From assembly GCA_964512625.1 (NCBI GenBank), contig CAZEKG010000002.1, positions 109,393 to 173,392 on the forward strand: a DNA stretch of 64,000 nt, given 5' to 3'. Shown piece by piece: positions 37,734-47,144 of the stretch. The notes under the pieces were generated by a model. It saw only the letters and a program-made list of their open reading frames with translations, ran no database searches and was not told the origin of the DNA. This DNA comes from an uncultured Gammaproteobacteria bacterium. Lineage in GTDB: Bacteria; Patescibacteriota; Patescibacteriia; 2-01-FULL-39-33. The stretch's first letter is position 1. Each line of letters opens with the position of its first letter. The translations under genes were made by a program, and so were the position numbers.

Positions 37734-38582
37734 ATGGCAATAAGAATATACAAACCAACTACTTCAGGAAGACGACAAACTTCTGTTTTGACGAGCGATG
37801 ATTTGACGAAGAAGAAGCCGGAAAAAGGCCTGATTGTTTCTGGTAAGAATTTTGCCGGCAGGAACAATACCGGTAAGATCACTGTTAGACATCATGGTGG
37901 CGGATCAAAAAAGAAAGTTAGAATTATTGATTGCAAGAGAGATAAATTAGATATTCCTGCAACTGTTATTGCCATAGAATATGATCCAAATAGAAATTCC
38001 AGGATTGCTTTGCTTAGTTATGCTGATGGCGAAAAGAGATATATTATTGCCGCTAAGGATCTTAAAGTTGGTGATAAAGTAATGAGTTCAAATAAATTGA
38101 TTGAATTCACTAGCGGTAATCATATGCCTCTTCAGCTTATTCCTCCAGGCATGTTCGTTTATAATGTAGAATTATATCCGGGCCGCGGCGGACAATTGGC
38201 TCGAAGCGCCGGCAATGCTATTTATCTTATGGGTATTGATAGTGGTCACGCTCAATTGAAAATGCCTTCAGGCGAAGTCCGCTTGGTATCTGATCAATGC
38301 ATGGCTACTATTGGTACGGTCAGTAATCCCGATTTTAAGAATATCAGATGGGGTAAGGCTGGCAGAACGAGACATCGAGGAATTAGACCTACCGTTAGAG
38401 GTAAGGCCATGAATCCAGTTGATCATCCTCATGGTGGTGGTGAAGGTAGGAATCCGATTGGTCTTAAACATCCTAAGACTCCTTGGGGTAAACATGCTCT
38501 TGGCGTTAAGACTAGAGACATGTCTAAGAAATCGACTAAGATGATTTTAAAGAGAAGAGTCTCTAAGAAGAAAAAGAAGTAA
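37734..38582 (+). CDS. rplB: 50S ribosomal protein L2
   Basis: The motifs are [28 protein letters not shown] and [10 protein letters not shown]. Confidence 0.9.
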   Translation: MAIRIYKPTTSGRRQTSVLTSDDLTKKKPEKGLIVSGKNFAGRNNTGKITVRHHGGGSKKKVRIIDCKRDKLDIPATVIAIEYDPNRNSRIALLSYADGEKRYIIAAKDLKVGDKVMSSNKLIEFTSGNHMPLQLIPPGMFVYNVELYPGRGGQLARSAGNAIYLMGIDSGHAQLKMPSGEVRLVSDQCMATIGTVSNPDFKNIRWGKAGRTRHRGIRPTVRGKAMNPVDHPHGGGEGRNPIGLKHPKTPWGKHALGVKTRDMSKKSTKMILKRRVSKKKKK

Positions 38583-38607
38583 TTAATCAATCGTATAAAA
38601 TAAAGAT

Positions 38608-38898
38608 ATGTCAAGAAGTTTAAAGAAAGGTCCTTATGTCGATCCTCGGCTATTGGAAAAGATTTCCAAGGCGGTCAAGGGCGACGGTAAGGTCATAAAA
38701 ACTTGGTCTCGAGCTTGCACAATTACTCCAGAGATGGTTGGAATGACTTTTGGCGTCCATAACGGTAAAGAGCATCTTCCGGTTTTTGTAGTCGAGAATA
38801 TGGTAGGACATAAGTTGGGTGAGTTTTCTCATACGAAGAAGTTTATTAGGCATGGTGGTAAAATGCAGAAAACCATTGAAAAGGGAGCCAAGAAATAA
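38608..38898 (+). CDS. rpsS: 30S ribosomal protein S19
   Basis: The S19 signature is [12 protein letters not shown] ... [32 protein letters not shown]. Confidence 0.9.
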   Translation: MSRSLKKGPYVDPRLLEKISKAVKGDGKVIKTWSRACTITPEMVGMTFGVHNGKEHLPVFVVENMVGHKLGEFSHTKKFIRHGGKMQKTIEKGAKK

Positions 38899-38907
38899 TT
38901 TATTACT

Positions 38908-39456
38908 ATGGAAATAAGAGCAAAAGCAAAATTTATCAGAATATCTGCCAAGAAGACTAGATTAGTCGTTGGCTTGATTCGTGGTCTTGGCGTTGAAGAA
39001 GCTCTAATTCAATTGCAGTTTCTTAATAAAGGGGCGGCTTTACCTCTTTCCAAGCTCATTAAATCGGCTATTAGTAATGCTGAAGAGAATCATAAGCTTG
39101 AAAAAAGCAATCTTTATATCAAAGAAGCTAGAGTTGATGAGGGTCCAGTTCTAAAACGCTGGTTACCTAAGGCTTTCGGCCGCGCTACTCCGATTAGAAA
39201 AAGATCTTCTCATTTCATTATAACCTTAGCTGAAAGAGTACCAACTGACGCTAAAATCATCAGTAAAGCCAAAGAAGAGAGAGAAAAGGCTAATAAAAGC
39301 GAAATAATCAAGATAGAAGACTTTGATCAGTTAAAAGAAGTGGAAAAGGATGATATTAAGACTGAGAAGGTTGTGGCTAAAGAAAAAACCGGAACTACAG
39401 GATCTAAGAATTCCAAAGGATTCGTCAAAAATATTTTTAATAGGAAATCAGGTTAA
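38908..39456 (+). CDS. rplV: 50S ribosomal protein L22 with a ~65-aa charged C-terminal extension
   Basis: The L22 core is AKAKFIRISAKKTRLVVGLIRG ... KEARVDEGPVLKRWLPKAFGRATPIRKRSSHFIITL, followed by a Lys/Glu-rich tail. Confidence 0.85.
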   Translation: MEIRAKAKFIRISAKKTRLVVGLIRGLGVEEALIQLQFLNKGAALPLSKLIKSAISNAEENHKLEKSNLYIKEARVDEGPVLKRWLPKAFGRATPIRKRSSHFIITLAERVPTDAKIISKAKEEREKANKSEIIKIEDFDQLKEVEKDDIKTEKVVAKEKTGTTGSKNSKGFVKNIFNRKSG

Positions 39457-39465
39457 TAAAATTAT

Positions 39466-40155
39466 ATGGGACAAAAAGTTCATCCAAAAGTTTTCAGATT
39501 AAATATTAATAAGACTTGGGATTCCAAGTGGTATTCTGATGCCAAAGATTATGCCAACTTATTAAGGCAAGATATCCTTATTAGAAAATATGTTTTGCAT
39601 AAATTCAGGTTATCAGGAGTTTCTAAAGTAGATATCGAAAGATCGGCTAACGGCGTTATTGTGAATATTTATTCTGCTAAGCCGGGCTTGATTATCGGCC
39701 GAGGCGGTTCCGGAGTTGAAGACTTAAAGAAGGAAATTCAAAACAAGTTCGTTAAAGACGGTTTTAGTCGTAAGAAAGGGATTCGCAACATCAATATCAA
39801 TATATTGGAGTTGGAAAAGGCGGGTACTGATTCTGCGGTTATCATGCAAAGCGTTATTGCCGATTTGGAAAAAAGAATTCCTTTCAGAAGAGTTATTAAA
39901 CAGAATATCGCCAGAGTTGAAAAAGCTGGAGCTAAAGGTATTAAGATTATTGTTTCCGGAAGGCTTGATGGCGCTGAAATTGCTAGAAGAGAAACTTTAT
40001 TTTCTGGCAAGATTCCGCTTCATACTCTAAGAGCTGATATCGATTATTGTCGAGGAGCCGCTCAAACCATTTATGGCAAAATCGGAGTCAAGGTTTGGGT
40101 TTATAAAGGAGAAATTTTTGAGGATAAAAACATTAAAGAAGTAACTAAGAATTAA
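39466..40155 (+). CDS. rpsC: 30S ribosomal protein S3
   Basis: The S3 segments are MGQKVHPKVFRL, KH-domain GLIIGRGGSGVEDLKKE and GAEIARRE. Confidence 0.9.
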   Translation: MGQKVHPKVFRLNINKTWDSKWYSDAKDYANLLRQDILIRKYVLHKFRLSGVSKVDIERSANGVIVNIYSAKPGLIIGRGGSGVEDLKKEIQNKFVKDGFSRKKGIRNININILELEKAGTDSAVIMQSVIADLEKRIPFRRVIKQNIARVEKAGAKGIKIIVSGRLDGAEIARRETLFSGKIPLHTLRADIDYCRGAAQTIYGKIGVKVWVYKGEIFEDKNIKEVTKN

Positions 40156-40158
40156 AAT

Positions 40159-40566
40159 ATGTTAGCGCCGAAGAAACTAAAAAGAAGAAAACCGCATCGA
40201 CCAGACGTTAAGGGTATTGCTACAACCAATAAGACCGTGGCTTTTGGTGAATTCGCTCTTCAGGCTACGACTGGTGGCTGGGTTAAAGCCCAACAAATAG
40301 AAGCTACTAGAAGGGTTTTGACTAGATACGTAAAAAAAGGCGGCAAGATTTGGATTAGGATCTTCCCTCATCGGCCGATAACCGCTAAAGGATCACAGAC
40401 AACTATGGGTGGCGGCAAAGGAGCTCCTGATTATTACGTTGCTATTGTCCACCCAGGAACTGTCATGTTTGAAATGGATGGTATTACAGAAGCGGCTGCT
40501 AAAGAAGCGATGGAATTAGCCGCATACAAGTTGCCAGTCAAAACTAAATTTATTGTTAAGGATTAA
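40159..40566 (+). CDS. rplP: 50S ribosomal protein L16
   Basis: The L16 segments are MLAPKKLKRRKPHRPDVKG, IRIFPHRPITAKGSQTTMGGGKGAPDYYVAIVHPGTVMFEM. Confidence 0.9.
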   Translation: MLAPKKLKRRKPHRPDVKGIATTNKTVAFGEFALQATTGGWVKAQQIEATRRVLTRYVKKGGKIWIRIFPHRPITAKGSQTTMGGGKGAPDYYVAIVHPGTVMFEMDGITEAAAKEAMELAAYKLPVKTKFIVKD

Positions 40567-40570
40567 TTGT

Positions 40571-40768
40571 ATGGATATTAAAGAATTAAAAAACAAATCA
40601 GAAGCGGAATTGAATCAGCAATTGGCTGATGAGCGCAAGAAGCTTGATGATCTTAAATTTAAGGCGGCCCAAGGTCAACTTAAGAATGTTAGAGAAATCA
40701 GGCCAGTTAAAAGAGGTGTAGCTCGCATTCTGATGCTGATGAAAGAAAAAAAGCAAATTGCTAAATAG
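40571..40768 (+). CDS. rpmC: 50S ribosomal protein L29
   Basis: The L29 coiled-coil is MDIKELKNKSEAELNQQLADERKKLDDLKFKAAQGQLKNVREIRPVKRGVARIL. The start is set at the ATG immediately after the rplP stop; the ORF-track start at 40553 overlaps rplP. Confidence 0.8.
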   Translation: MDIKELKNKSEAELNQQLADERKKLDDLKFKAAQGQLKNVREIRPVKRGVARILMLMKEKKQIAK

Positions 40769-40784
40769 ATATTAATTTTAAAAT

Positions 40785-41033
40785 ATGTCTCAGGATAAAG
40801 TTACAAAAAGAAAATTGAAAGGGGAAGTGGTTTCCGACTCTATGGATAAAACCATTGTGGTTAAAGTTGATCGCTTTAAAATGCACCCAAGATACCAAAA
40901 AAGATATCTCGTCAGCAAGAAATATAAGGTTCATGATGAAAAGAATGAGCATAAGGTAGGAGAAGTAATCGAATTCGTCGAATGCCGGCCGATTAGCAAG
41001 GATAAGAAATGGAGAGTCCTTAACGCTAAATAA
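40785..41033 (+). CDS. rpsQ: 30S ribosomal protein S17
   Basis: The OB-fold S17 segments are [68 protein letters not shown]. Confidence 0.85.
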   Translation: MSQDKVTKRKLKGEVVSDSMDKTIVVKVDRFKMHPRYQKRYLVSKKYKVHDEKNEHKVGEVIEFVECRPISKDKKWRVLNAK

Positions 41034-41059
41034 ATCGTAATAGGAAATTATTAAATTAT

Positions 41060-41431
41060 ATGGTTCAATCAAGATCGATACTAAAATCAGCCGATAATAC
41101 TGGCGCTAAGAAGCTTAGAGTAATTCAGCCTTTGGGAGGTTTTCAAAGAAGATACGCCCATTTGGGAGATATTGTAGTTGCTTCTGTTCAGGAAGCGGTA
41201 CCTCACAGCTCGGTTAAGAAAGGCGACGTAGTCAAGGCAGTATTAGTCCGGACGAAAAAAAATACTAGAAGACCCGATGGTACCTATATCCGTTTTGATG
41301 ATAATGCTGTAGTAATTATCGATATTAAGAATAAGGAAATGAAAGGAACTAGAGTTTTTGGCCCAGTAGCAAGGGAATTGAGGAATTTGGGCTATCAGAA
41401 GATTATCAGCTTAGCTCCGGAAGTTTTATAA
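41060..41431 (+). CDS. rplN: 50S ribosomal protein L14
   Basis: It begins [23 protein letters not shown] and continues [32 protein letters not shown], which is highly conserved. Confidence 0.9.
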   Translation: MVQSRSILKSADNTGAKKLRVIQPLGGFQRRYAHLGDIVVASVQEAVPHSSVKKGDVVKAVLVRTKKNTRRPDGTYIRFDDNAVVIIDIKNKEMKGTRVFGPVARELRNLGYQKIISLAPEVL

Positions 41432-41452
41432 AAAATATTTTAAGGTATTAAT

Positions 41453-41773
41453 ATGAAAATAAAAGTTGGCGACAAAGTTAAAATGCTGTCCGGCAAAGAT
41501 AAAGGAAAAATCGGTAAGGTTTTACAGATTTTTGTATCCGAGAAAAGAGTAGTTGTCGAGGGTTTGAATCTTCTTATTAAGAATCAGAAGCCTCGTAAAC
41601 AGGGAGAAAAAGGCCAAAGAATCCAGTTTCCGGCTGCAGTTGCTATTTCCAATGTCTCGTTGGTTTGCCCTAAATGCGGACAAACTGCTCGAGTTGGCTA
41701 TGAAATAACTAAAACAGAAGAGGGTAAAGGCCTTAAAAAGAGAATTTGTAAAAAATGTAAAGAAGTTATCTAA
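41453..41773 (+). CDS. rplX: 50S ribosomal protein L24
   Basis: The KOW motif is MKIKVGDKVKMLSGKDKGKIGKVLQIFVSEKRVVVEGLNLLIKNQKP. The C-terminus has a CxxC...CxxC zinc ribbon (CPKCGQTARV...CKKCKE). Confidence 0.85.
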   Translation: MKIKVGDKVKMLSGKDKGKIGKVLQIFVSEKRVVVEGLNLLIKNQKPRKQGEKGQRIQFPAAVAISNVSLVCPKCGQTARVGYEITKTEEGKGLKKRICKKCKEVI

Positions 41774-41778
41774 ATATT

Positions 41779-42321
41779 ATGAAATCCAGATTATTTAAAA
41801 AATACGACCAAGAAGTCTTGCCTGCCTTGCAGGAAAAGTTCGGACTGAAAAATAAAATGTCGGTTCCGAAAATTCTTCAAGTCAGCCTTAATGTTGGCAT
41901 TAACGCTAGAAATACTGATAGCCATGTTCTTGAGGCTGCTGAAAACACTTTAATGAGGATTTCAGGCCAAAAACCAGTTAGAACTAAGGCTAAAAAAGCC
42001 ATTTCCGCTTTCAAAGTTAGGGAAAATATGGTAGTTGGTGTCAAAGTAACTTTAAGAGGTGAAAGGATGTATGAATTTTTAGATAGACTTATCAATATCT
42101 CTATCCCGAGAATCAGAGACTTTAGGGGCTTGCCTTTGAAGTCAGTTGATAAGCAAGGCAATCTTAATCTTGGATTTAAAGAGCACAATGTTTTTCCTGA
42201 AATTAAAATAGAAGAAATTGAAAAAACTCATGGCCTTCAGATATCGATTACGACTAATGCTAATGATCGGGAAAAAGGTATGGAGTTATTTAAATTAATG
42301 GGTTTTCCTTTTCAGAAATAG
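41779..42321 (+). CDS. rplE: 50S ribosomal protein L5
   Basis: The L5 segments are MSVPKILQVSLNVGIN, GQKPVRTKAKKAISAFKVRENMVVGVKVTLRGERMYEFLDRLINISIPRIRDFRGL. Confidence 0.9.
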   Translation: MKSRLFKKYDQEVLPALQEKFGLKNKMSVPKILQVSLNVGINARNTDSHVLEAAENTLMRISGQKPVRTKAKKAISAFKVRENMVVGVKVTLRGERMYEFLDRLINISIPRIRDFRGLPLKSVDKQGNLNLGFKEHNVFPEIKIEEIEKTHGLQISITTNANDREKGMELFKLMGFPFQK

Positions 42322-42335
42322 TCAATAATTAATAT

Positions 42336-42521
42336 ATGGCAACACAAGCACAAATCGTTAAATCAAAGAGAGCTCCTAAGTTTTCGACTAGGAAAGTCAG
42401 CCGTTGCTGGCGTTGCGGTCGAAGGCATGGCTATATGAAAGATTTCAAATTATGCAGAATTTGTTTTCGAGAATTAGCAAACAATGGTCAGATTCCAGGT
42501 GTTACTAAGTCTTCTTGGTAA
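42336..42521 (+). CDS. rpsZ: 30S ribosomal protein S14 type Z (zinc-binding, 61 aa)
   Basis: The [20 protein letters not shown] CxxC...CxxC motif is present. The size and the position between rplE and rpsH fit S14. Confidence 0.85.
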   Translation: MATQAQIVKSKRAPKFSTRKVSRCWRCGRRHGYMKDFKLCRICFRELANNGQIPGVTKSSW

Positions 42522-42552
42522 TATAAAATAAATAAGTTAATAATTTTTTAAT

Positions 42553-42954
42553 ATGACAGATCCTATCGCAGACATGCTTACTAGAATCAGGAATGCTTCC
42601 AAGGTCAAAAAGGCTGAAGTCTTTATTCCCTTTTCCAAAATTAAATTAGAGATAGTGAAAATCCTAAAACGTGAAGGATTTATCGATAGTTTTGAGGAAA
42701 TCAAAAGCGGGGAAGAAGATAGAATTTTCGGTGGCCTGGTTCTAAAATTAAAATATAATGAAGGCAAATCGGTAGTTTCCAGTATTTCAAGAATTTCCAA
42801 GCCGGGCAGAAGGGTTTATGCTTCCAAAGAAGATTTGCCTAAGGTTTTAAACGGCTATGGTTTGGCTATTGTTTCGACTTCCCAAGGAATTATGACCAGT
42901 AAAGAAGCAAAAAGAAAGGGTTTAGGAGGAGAGGTTGTTTGTGAAATTTATTAA
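42553..42954 (+). CDS. rpsH: 30S ribosomal protein S8
   Basis: It begins MTDPIADMLTRIRNA and ends GLAIVSTSQGIMTSKEAKRKGLGGEVVCEIY. Confidence 0.9.
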   Translation: MTDPIADMLTRIRNASKVKKAEVFIPFSKIKLEIVKILKREGFIDSFEEIKSGEEDRIFGGLVLKLKYNEGKSVVSSISRISKPGRRVYASKEDLPKVLNGYGLAIVSTSQGIMTSKEAKRKGLGGEVVCEIY

Positions 42955-43022
42955 TTAGCATTTCGCTAGTAGCTTTTATCAGAAAAAGATGGACTAAAGG
43001 CTATAAGCTATAAGTAAAAAAT

Positions 43023-43568
43023 ATGAGCAGAATAGGAAAACAAAAAATAGTTATTCCCGCCGGAGTCGAGATTAAAGTTGATGAAAATAGGATTTTATCA
43101 GCTAAGGGTCCTAAGGGTCTTTTAAGTCAACAAATCCATCCTCAGGTTACTGTTGATATTTCTGAGGGCGTTATCAGTCTTAGTATAGAAAATGAAAAGG
43201 ACAGAAGTCAATTAGCTCTTTGGGGATTATTCGGCAGTTTAATAAAGAATATGATTATCGGAGTAACAGAAGGTTTTACTAAGAAATTGGAAATCAATGG
43301 TGTTGGTATGAAAGGGGCTGTTTCTGGCAAGAACCTAGTTTTAAATGTAGGCTTTTCTCACCCAGTTAATTTTGCTGTACCTGAAGGTATCAACATTACA
43401 GTCGAAGGTAACGTAATTACCGTTAGTGGTATTGATAAACAATTAGTTGGCGAAACCGCTGCTCAAATCAGAAAAATCAAGAAAGTCGAGCCTTATAAAG
43501 GCAAAGGCATCAAGTATGTCGGAGAAGTTGTAAGAAGAAAAGCGGGTAAAGCTGCTTCTAAGAAATAG
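43023..43568 (+). CDS. rplF: 50S ribosomal protein L6
   Basis: The L6 segments are MSRIGKQKIVIPAGVEIKVDENRILSAKGPKG and the tandem-domain L6 pattern (VGFSHPVNFAVPEGINITVEGNVITVSGIDKQLVGETAAQIR). Confidence 0.9.
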   Translation: MSRIGKQKIVIPAGVEIKVDENRILSAKGPKGLLSQQIHPQVTVDISEGVISLSIENEKDRSQLALWGLFGSLIKNMIIGVTEGFTKKLEINGVGMKGAVSGKNLVLNVGFSHPVNFAVPEGINITVEGNVITVSGIDKQLVGETAAQIRKIKKVEPYKGKGIKYVGEVVRRKAGKAASKK

Positions 43569-43591
43569 AATTAAGATAATTAGTTAGACAT

Positions 43592-43945
43592 ATGAAAAAG
43601 CAAATAATAAAAAATGAAAATAAGTTGAGACGGAAAAAACGCGTTAGAGCGAAGGTTTCCGGTACAGCTTTAAAGCCCAGGATTTCTATTTTTAGAAGTT
43701 TGAAGCACATTTCGGCTCAAATGATTGATGACGTGGCCGGTAAGACTATTTTAGCTGTAAGTGATAAAGAAGTTACTATCAAAGGCAATAAGACCGAGAA
43801 AGCCTTGGCAGTCGGTAAATTATTGGCAGAAAAGGCTAAAGCAGCTAAGGTTGTCGAAGCTGTTTTTGACAAAGGTCCGTTTAAATATCATGGTCGGGTT
43901 AAGGCTTTGGCTGATGGCGCCCGCGAAGGCGGATTAAAAATTTAA
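43592..43945 (+). CDS. rplR: 50S ribosomal protein L18
   Basis: The L18 segments are [34 protein letters not shown] ... [26 protein letters not shown]. Confidence 0.85.
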   Translation: MKKQIIKNENKLRRKKRVRAKVSGTALKPRISIFRSLKHISAQMIDDVAGKTILAVSDKEVTIKGNKTEKALAVGKLLAEKAKAAKVVEAVFDKGPFKYHGRVKALADGAREGGLKI

Positions 43946-43965
43946 TTATTAGTCCAGTTAATATT

Positions 43966-44547
43966 ATGACCGCAGAAAATAAAAGAAGAAGTTTCAAACC
44001 AAAAAGAGAGCAGCCTGAATTCGAGCAGCAAATTGTTGATATTGCCCGCGTAACTAGAGTTATGGCCGGTGGTAAAAGAATGAGATTCAGAGCTTGTGTT
44101 GTTATTGGCGATAAGAAGGGCCGAGTCGGTATGGGACTAGCTAAAGGTTTGGATGTCTCTTTGGCTGTAGCTAAGGCTGTAAAAAAAGCGGAAAAAGACA
44201 TGATTAAGGTTAGTATGGTAAAAGGGACAATACCTCACGCTATTGAGCATAAATATGGAGCTGCTCGCATTCTTCTTAAGCCGGCTCCTGTTGGTACTGG
44301 TATTATTTCTGGCGGCGCTGTTAGAATTGTTCTTGAATTGGCTGGTATTGAAAATGCAGTTTCTAAAATCATGGGAACTAATAATAAGTTAAACAATGTT
44401 AAAGCGACTATTCAAGCCCTTCAGCTTTTAAAGAAGACAAGAAGCGCTAAGAATAGTTCTGAAAAAGAGGTTGTTTCCGAAGAGTCTTCTAAGAAGGTTA
44501 AATCTCAGGAAGAATTAGTAAAAAAATCAGATATTAAGAAGGATTAG
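43966..44547 (+). CDS. rpsE: 30S ribosomal protein S5 with a ~40-aa C-terminal extension
   Basis: The S5 dsRBD is VDIARVTRVMAGGKRMRFRACVVIGDKKGRVGMGLAKG, with a C-terminal domain GTGIISGGAVRIVLELAGIENAVSKIMG. The C-terminal tail is Ser/Lys/Glu-rich. Confidence 0.9.
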   Translation: MTAENKRRSFKPKREQPEFEQQIVDIARVTRVMAGGKRMRFRACVVIGDKKGRVGMGLAKGLDVSLAVAKAVKKAEKDMIKVSMVKGTIPHAIEHKYGAARILLKPAPVGTGIISGGAVRIVLELAGIENAVSKIMGTNNKLNNVKATIQALQLLKKTRSAKNSSEKEVVSEESSKKVKSQEELVKKSDIKKD

Positions 44548-44580
44548 TAATAGTATCCGTTAATTAAATATTGATCATAT

Positions 44581-45018
44581 ATGAGTCTAACATTATCCAA
44601 TCTTAAACCGGCTAAAGGAGCTACTAAAAAGCGGAAAGATATCGGCCGTGGCGGTAAAAAAGGTTCTTACTCAGGACGCGGTATGAAAGGCCAAAAGGCT
44701 AGAAGTGGCGGTAAGTCAGGTCTTAAGGCTAAAGGCTTCAAAGAGGTTTTAAGAAGAATTCCTAAGAAGAGGGGTTTTACCAGCTTAAAGAAAAAGTTGG
44801 CTGTTGTTAATCTGTCCGATTTAGAATTAAAATTCAATAGTGGCGACACTGCTGATAAAAATGCCATGATTAAGTTGGGCTTATTGGAAAATAAGGGCCA
44901 GTTCAAGGTTTTAGCTAAAGGCAAGATTACTAAGAAACTGACAGTTATTGCCGATGCTTTTTCAGAAACCGCTAAAAAAGCCATTGAAGAGGCTGGCGGT
45001 AAAGCGGAAGTCAAATAA
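44581..45018 (+). CDS. rplO: 50S ribosomal protein L15. It follows S5 after a 33-nt gap, so no L30 gene is present.
   Basis: It begins MSLTLSNLKPAKGATKKRKDIGRGGKKGSYSGRGMKGQKARSGG. Confidence 0.85.
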   Translation: MSLTLSNLKPAKGATKKRKDIGRGGKKGSYSGRGMKGQKARSGGKSGLKAKGFKEVLRRIPKKRGFTSLKKKLAVVNLSDLELKFNSGDTADKNAMIKLGLLENKGQFKVLAKGKITKKLTVIADAFSETAKKAIEEAGGKAEVK

Positions 45019-45092
45019 AGAAACAATAACCAAGAAACAATAATCAATAAGTTTTGGTTTTTGCAAATTGGTTTTTGGAAATTATTTAAAAT

Positions 45093-46367
45093 ATGCTCAA
45101 TAAACTTACTCAAATTTGGAAGATAAAAGATTTGCGCAATAGCATTCTTTTCGTCTTCGCGATGTTGGTTATTTTTAGATTAGTAGCCCATATCCCTATT
45201 CCGGGAATCGACGCTACGGCTTTAAGAAGGCTTTTCGAGAACAATCAGCTTCTTGGCTTAATGAATATCTTCTCCGGCGGCAGCATGCAGAATTTTTCCG
45301 TTATCATGCTTAATGTAGCTCCTTATATCACAGCTTCCATTATTTTCCAGCTATTGACTATGGTAGTTCCTAAGTTGGAAGCTCTTTCTAAAGAGGGCGA
45401 ATATGGTCGAGGCCAAATCAATAAGTGGACTCGTTGGTTGACAGTTCCTTTAGCCGCTTTGCAGGCTTATGGTATGATTGCTATTTTAAGGCAGTCTTCC
45501 GGCGGAGTAATTTTAAGTTTTACTCTTTGGCAGATGTTTTTAAGCATCGTTACGATTACTGCCGGTACGATATTTATGATGTGGATCGGAGAGCTTATTA
45601 CGGAAAAAAGAATCGGTAACGGCATTTCTTTAATTATCTTTGCCGGTATCGTCTCCGGTTTACCAGGTTCAGTCGCCAAGACTTTATCGACCTATTCTCA
45701 GGCGGATATTATCAATATGGTTATTTTCGCGGTTATCGCTCTAATAACTATCGTTTCTGTTGTTGTTATAACTGAAGGTCAAAGAAATGTTCCAGTTACT
45801 TACGCAAGAAGAGTAAGGGGTAATAAAACTCTTGGCGGTAGTTCAACTCATTTGCCGATTAGAGTTAATCAGGCGGGTGTTATTCCGATCATCTTCGCTG
45901 TTTCCATTATCCTATTTCCGCCGATGATTGCTCAGTTTTTTTTAAGGGTAAAGACGGAATGGATCGTTTCCGGCGCTCAGTGGATTATTCAATTATTCCA
46001 AAACCAGTTATTTTACGGAATCTCTTATTTTGTTATGGTTGTGGCTTTTACTTATTTCTATACGGCAGTCATTTTCCATCCCGACCAAATTTCCGAAAAT
46101 CTTCAAAAGCAAGGCGGTTTTGTTCCGGGTATTAGACCAGGAAAGAATACGGCTCATTATCTTCAGAAAATCGTTACCAGGATAGTTTTTACTGGCGCTC
46201 TATTCCTTGGTATTATCGCTGTCTTACCTTTAATTACCGCTCAAATAACCAGTACTCAAAGCTTGGTAATCGGCGGTACTAGTTTATTGATTGTCGTTTC
46301 AGTAGTTATTGAAACCGTTAACCAAATAAACGCCCAGCTATCCATGAGGGATTACGAAGAAATCTAG
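45093..46367 (+). CDS. secY: Preprotein translocase subunit SecY
   Basis: It has ten TM helices and the motifs GIDATALRRLF and LMNIFSGGSMQNFSVIMLNVAPYITASIIFQLL. It sits after rplO. Confidence 0.9.
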   Translation: MLNKLTQIWKIKDLRNSILFVFAMLVIFRLVAHIPIPGIDATALRRLFENNQLLGLMNIFSGGSMQNFSVIMLNVAPYITASIIFQLLTMVVPKLEALSKEGEYGRGQINKWTRWLTVPLAALQAYGMIAILRQSSGGVILSFTLWQMFLSIVTITAGTIFMMWIGELITEKRIGNGISLIIFAGIVSGLPGSVAKTLSTYSQADIINMVIFAVIALITIVSVVVITEGQRNVPVTYARRVRGNKTLGGSSTHLPIRVNQAGVIPIIFAVSIILFPPMIAQFFLRVKTEWIVSGAQWIIQLFQNQLFYGISYFVMVVAFTYFYTAVIFHPDQISENLQKQGGFVPGIRPGKNTAHYLQKIVTRIVFTGALFLGIIAVLPLITAQITSTQSLVIGGTSLLIVVSVVIETVNQINAQLSMRDYEEI

Positions 46368-46395
46368 GTTAATTTCCAATTTCTAAAAAAAGATA

Positions 46396-46428
46396 AAAAT
46401 ACCTTAATCCGTCGAGGTATTTTTATTG
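46396..46428 (+). terminator. Possible terminator after secY (hairpin plus T-run)
   Basis: The hairpin AAATACCT-TAATCCGTCG-AGGTATTT has a large loop and is followed by TTATTGTT. Confidence 0.35.
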
Positions 46429-46482
46429 TTATATTATATTTAATGTTGTAAGATGAGAGCATTAAAATTATTTTTTACAAAT

Positions 46483-46538
46483 AAAAAGCCCCGCACGATT
46501 TATTGGGTTATTGGGCTTTACCAATAAATCGTGCGGGG
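46483..46538 (-). terminator. Strong rho-independent terminator (minus strand) for the 129-aa gene
   Basis: An 18-bp perfect inverted repeat, CCCCGCACGATTTATTGG / CCAATAAATCGTGCGGGG, is followed on the minus strand by TTTTT. Confidence 0.6.
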
Positions 46539-46549
46539 TGAGAGCATCT

Positions 46550-46939
46550 CTAGGAGATTATTATCCTCGGCCTCTCTGGGCCAAGGTCGGCGACGTGGTT
46601 GATAAATTTGCCAATTTTCTCTTCCTCAATGCCTGACTGTCGGAGCAGCTCCTCGATAGTTGTTTTGTCCGCCGGTGCCGACGGCAAGGAGTAGTGCTCA
46701 GGTGTTAATCCTTTGTACCCCTTAAGACTCCCGCCATGCCTTGGCCAGAACACCGTTTTGACTTCTCCGCTTGCCAGTAGAGAACTGACGAACGCGTTTA
46801 TCGCCTCCTGATGTTCGGGGTACATACAGCAAGGACAAATTTCACTCAGCTCTCCTCTAAAAAGAGATGCAAGCATCGCGACATTACCTTGTTGAAGGAT
46901 GACGAATGTGTGTTCACCATGTCGAGTTATCTCTTTCAC
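46550..46939 (-). CDS. Hypothetical small (129 aa) Cys-containing protein with a CPCC motif. It is GC-rich relative to the genome and transcribed divergently from the radical SAM gene.
   Basis: The sequence is MKEITRHGEHTFVILQQGNVAMLASLFRGELSEICPCCMYPEHQEA... . It has no signal peptide or TM helix, and GC is about 50%. It shares a 205-nt AT-rich divergent promoter region with the 47145 gene. Confidence 0.4.
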   Translation of the reverse strand: MKEITRHGEHTFVILQQGNVAMLASLFRGELSEICPCCMYPEHQEAINAFVSSLLASGEVKTVFWPRHGGSLKGYKGLTPEHYSLPSAPADKTTIEELLRQSGIEEEKIGKFINHVADLGPERPRIIIS

Positions 46940-47144
46940 TGGAGTTCTCCTCTTTTTTATTAGTTGGCATGTTAGTATGTCAACATTTCAGTATATTATA
47001 ATAAGAAAATTTTGTCAAGTGCTTATGCACGGACTAATATTATATATTTATTTAAAATTAGCTAAAATTTATTCAATAAACTTGTAGTAGTTATGTATTT
47101 TTGATAAAATAGTCATGTATTGAAATATTAATCTTAAAAAAAAT

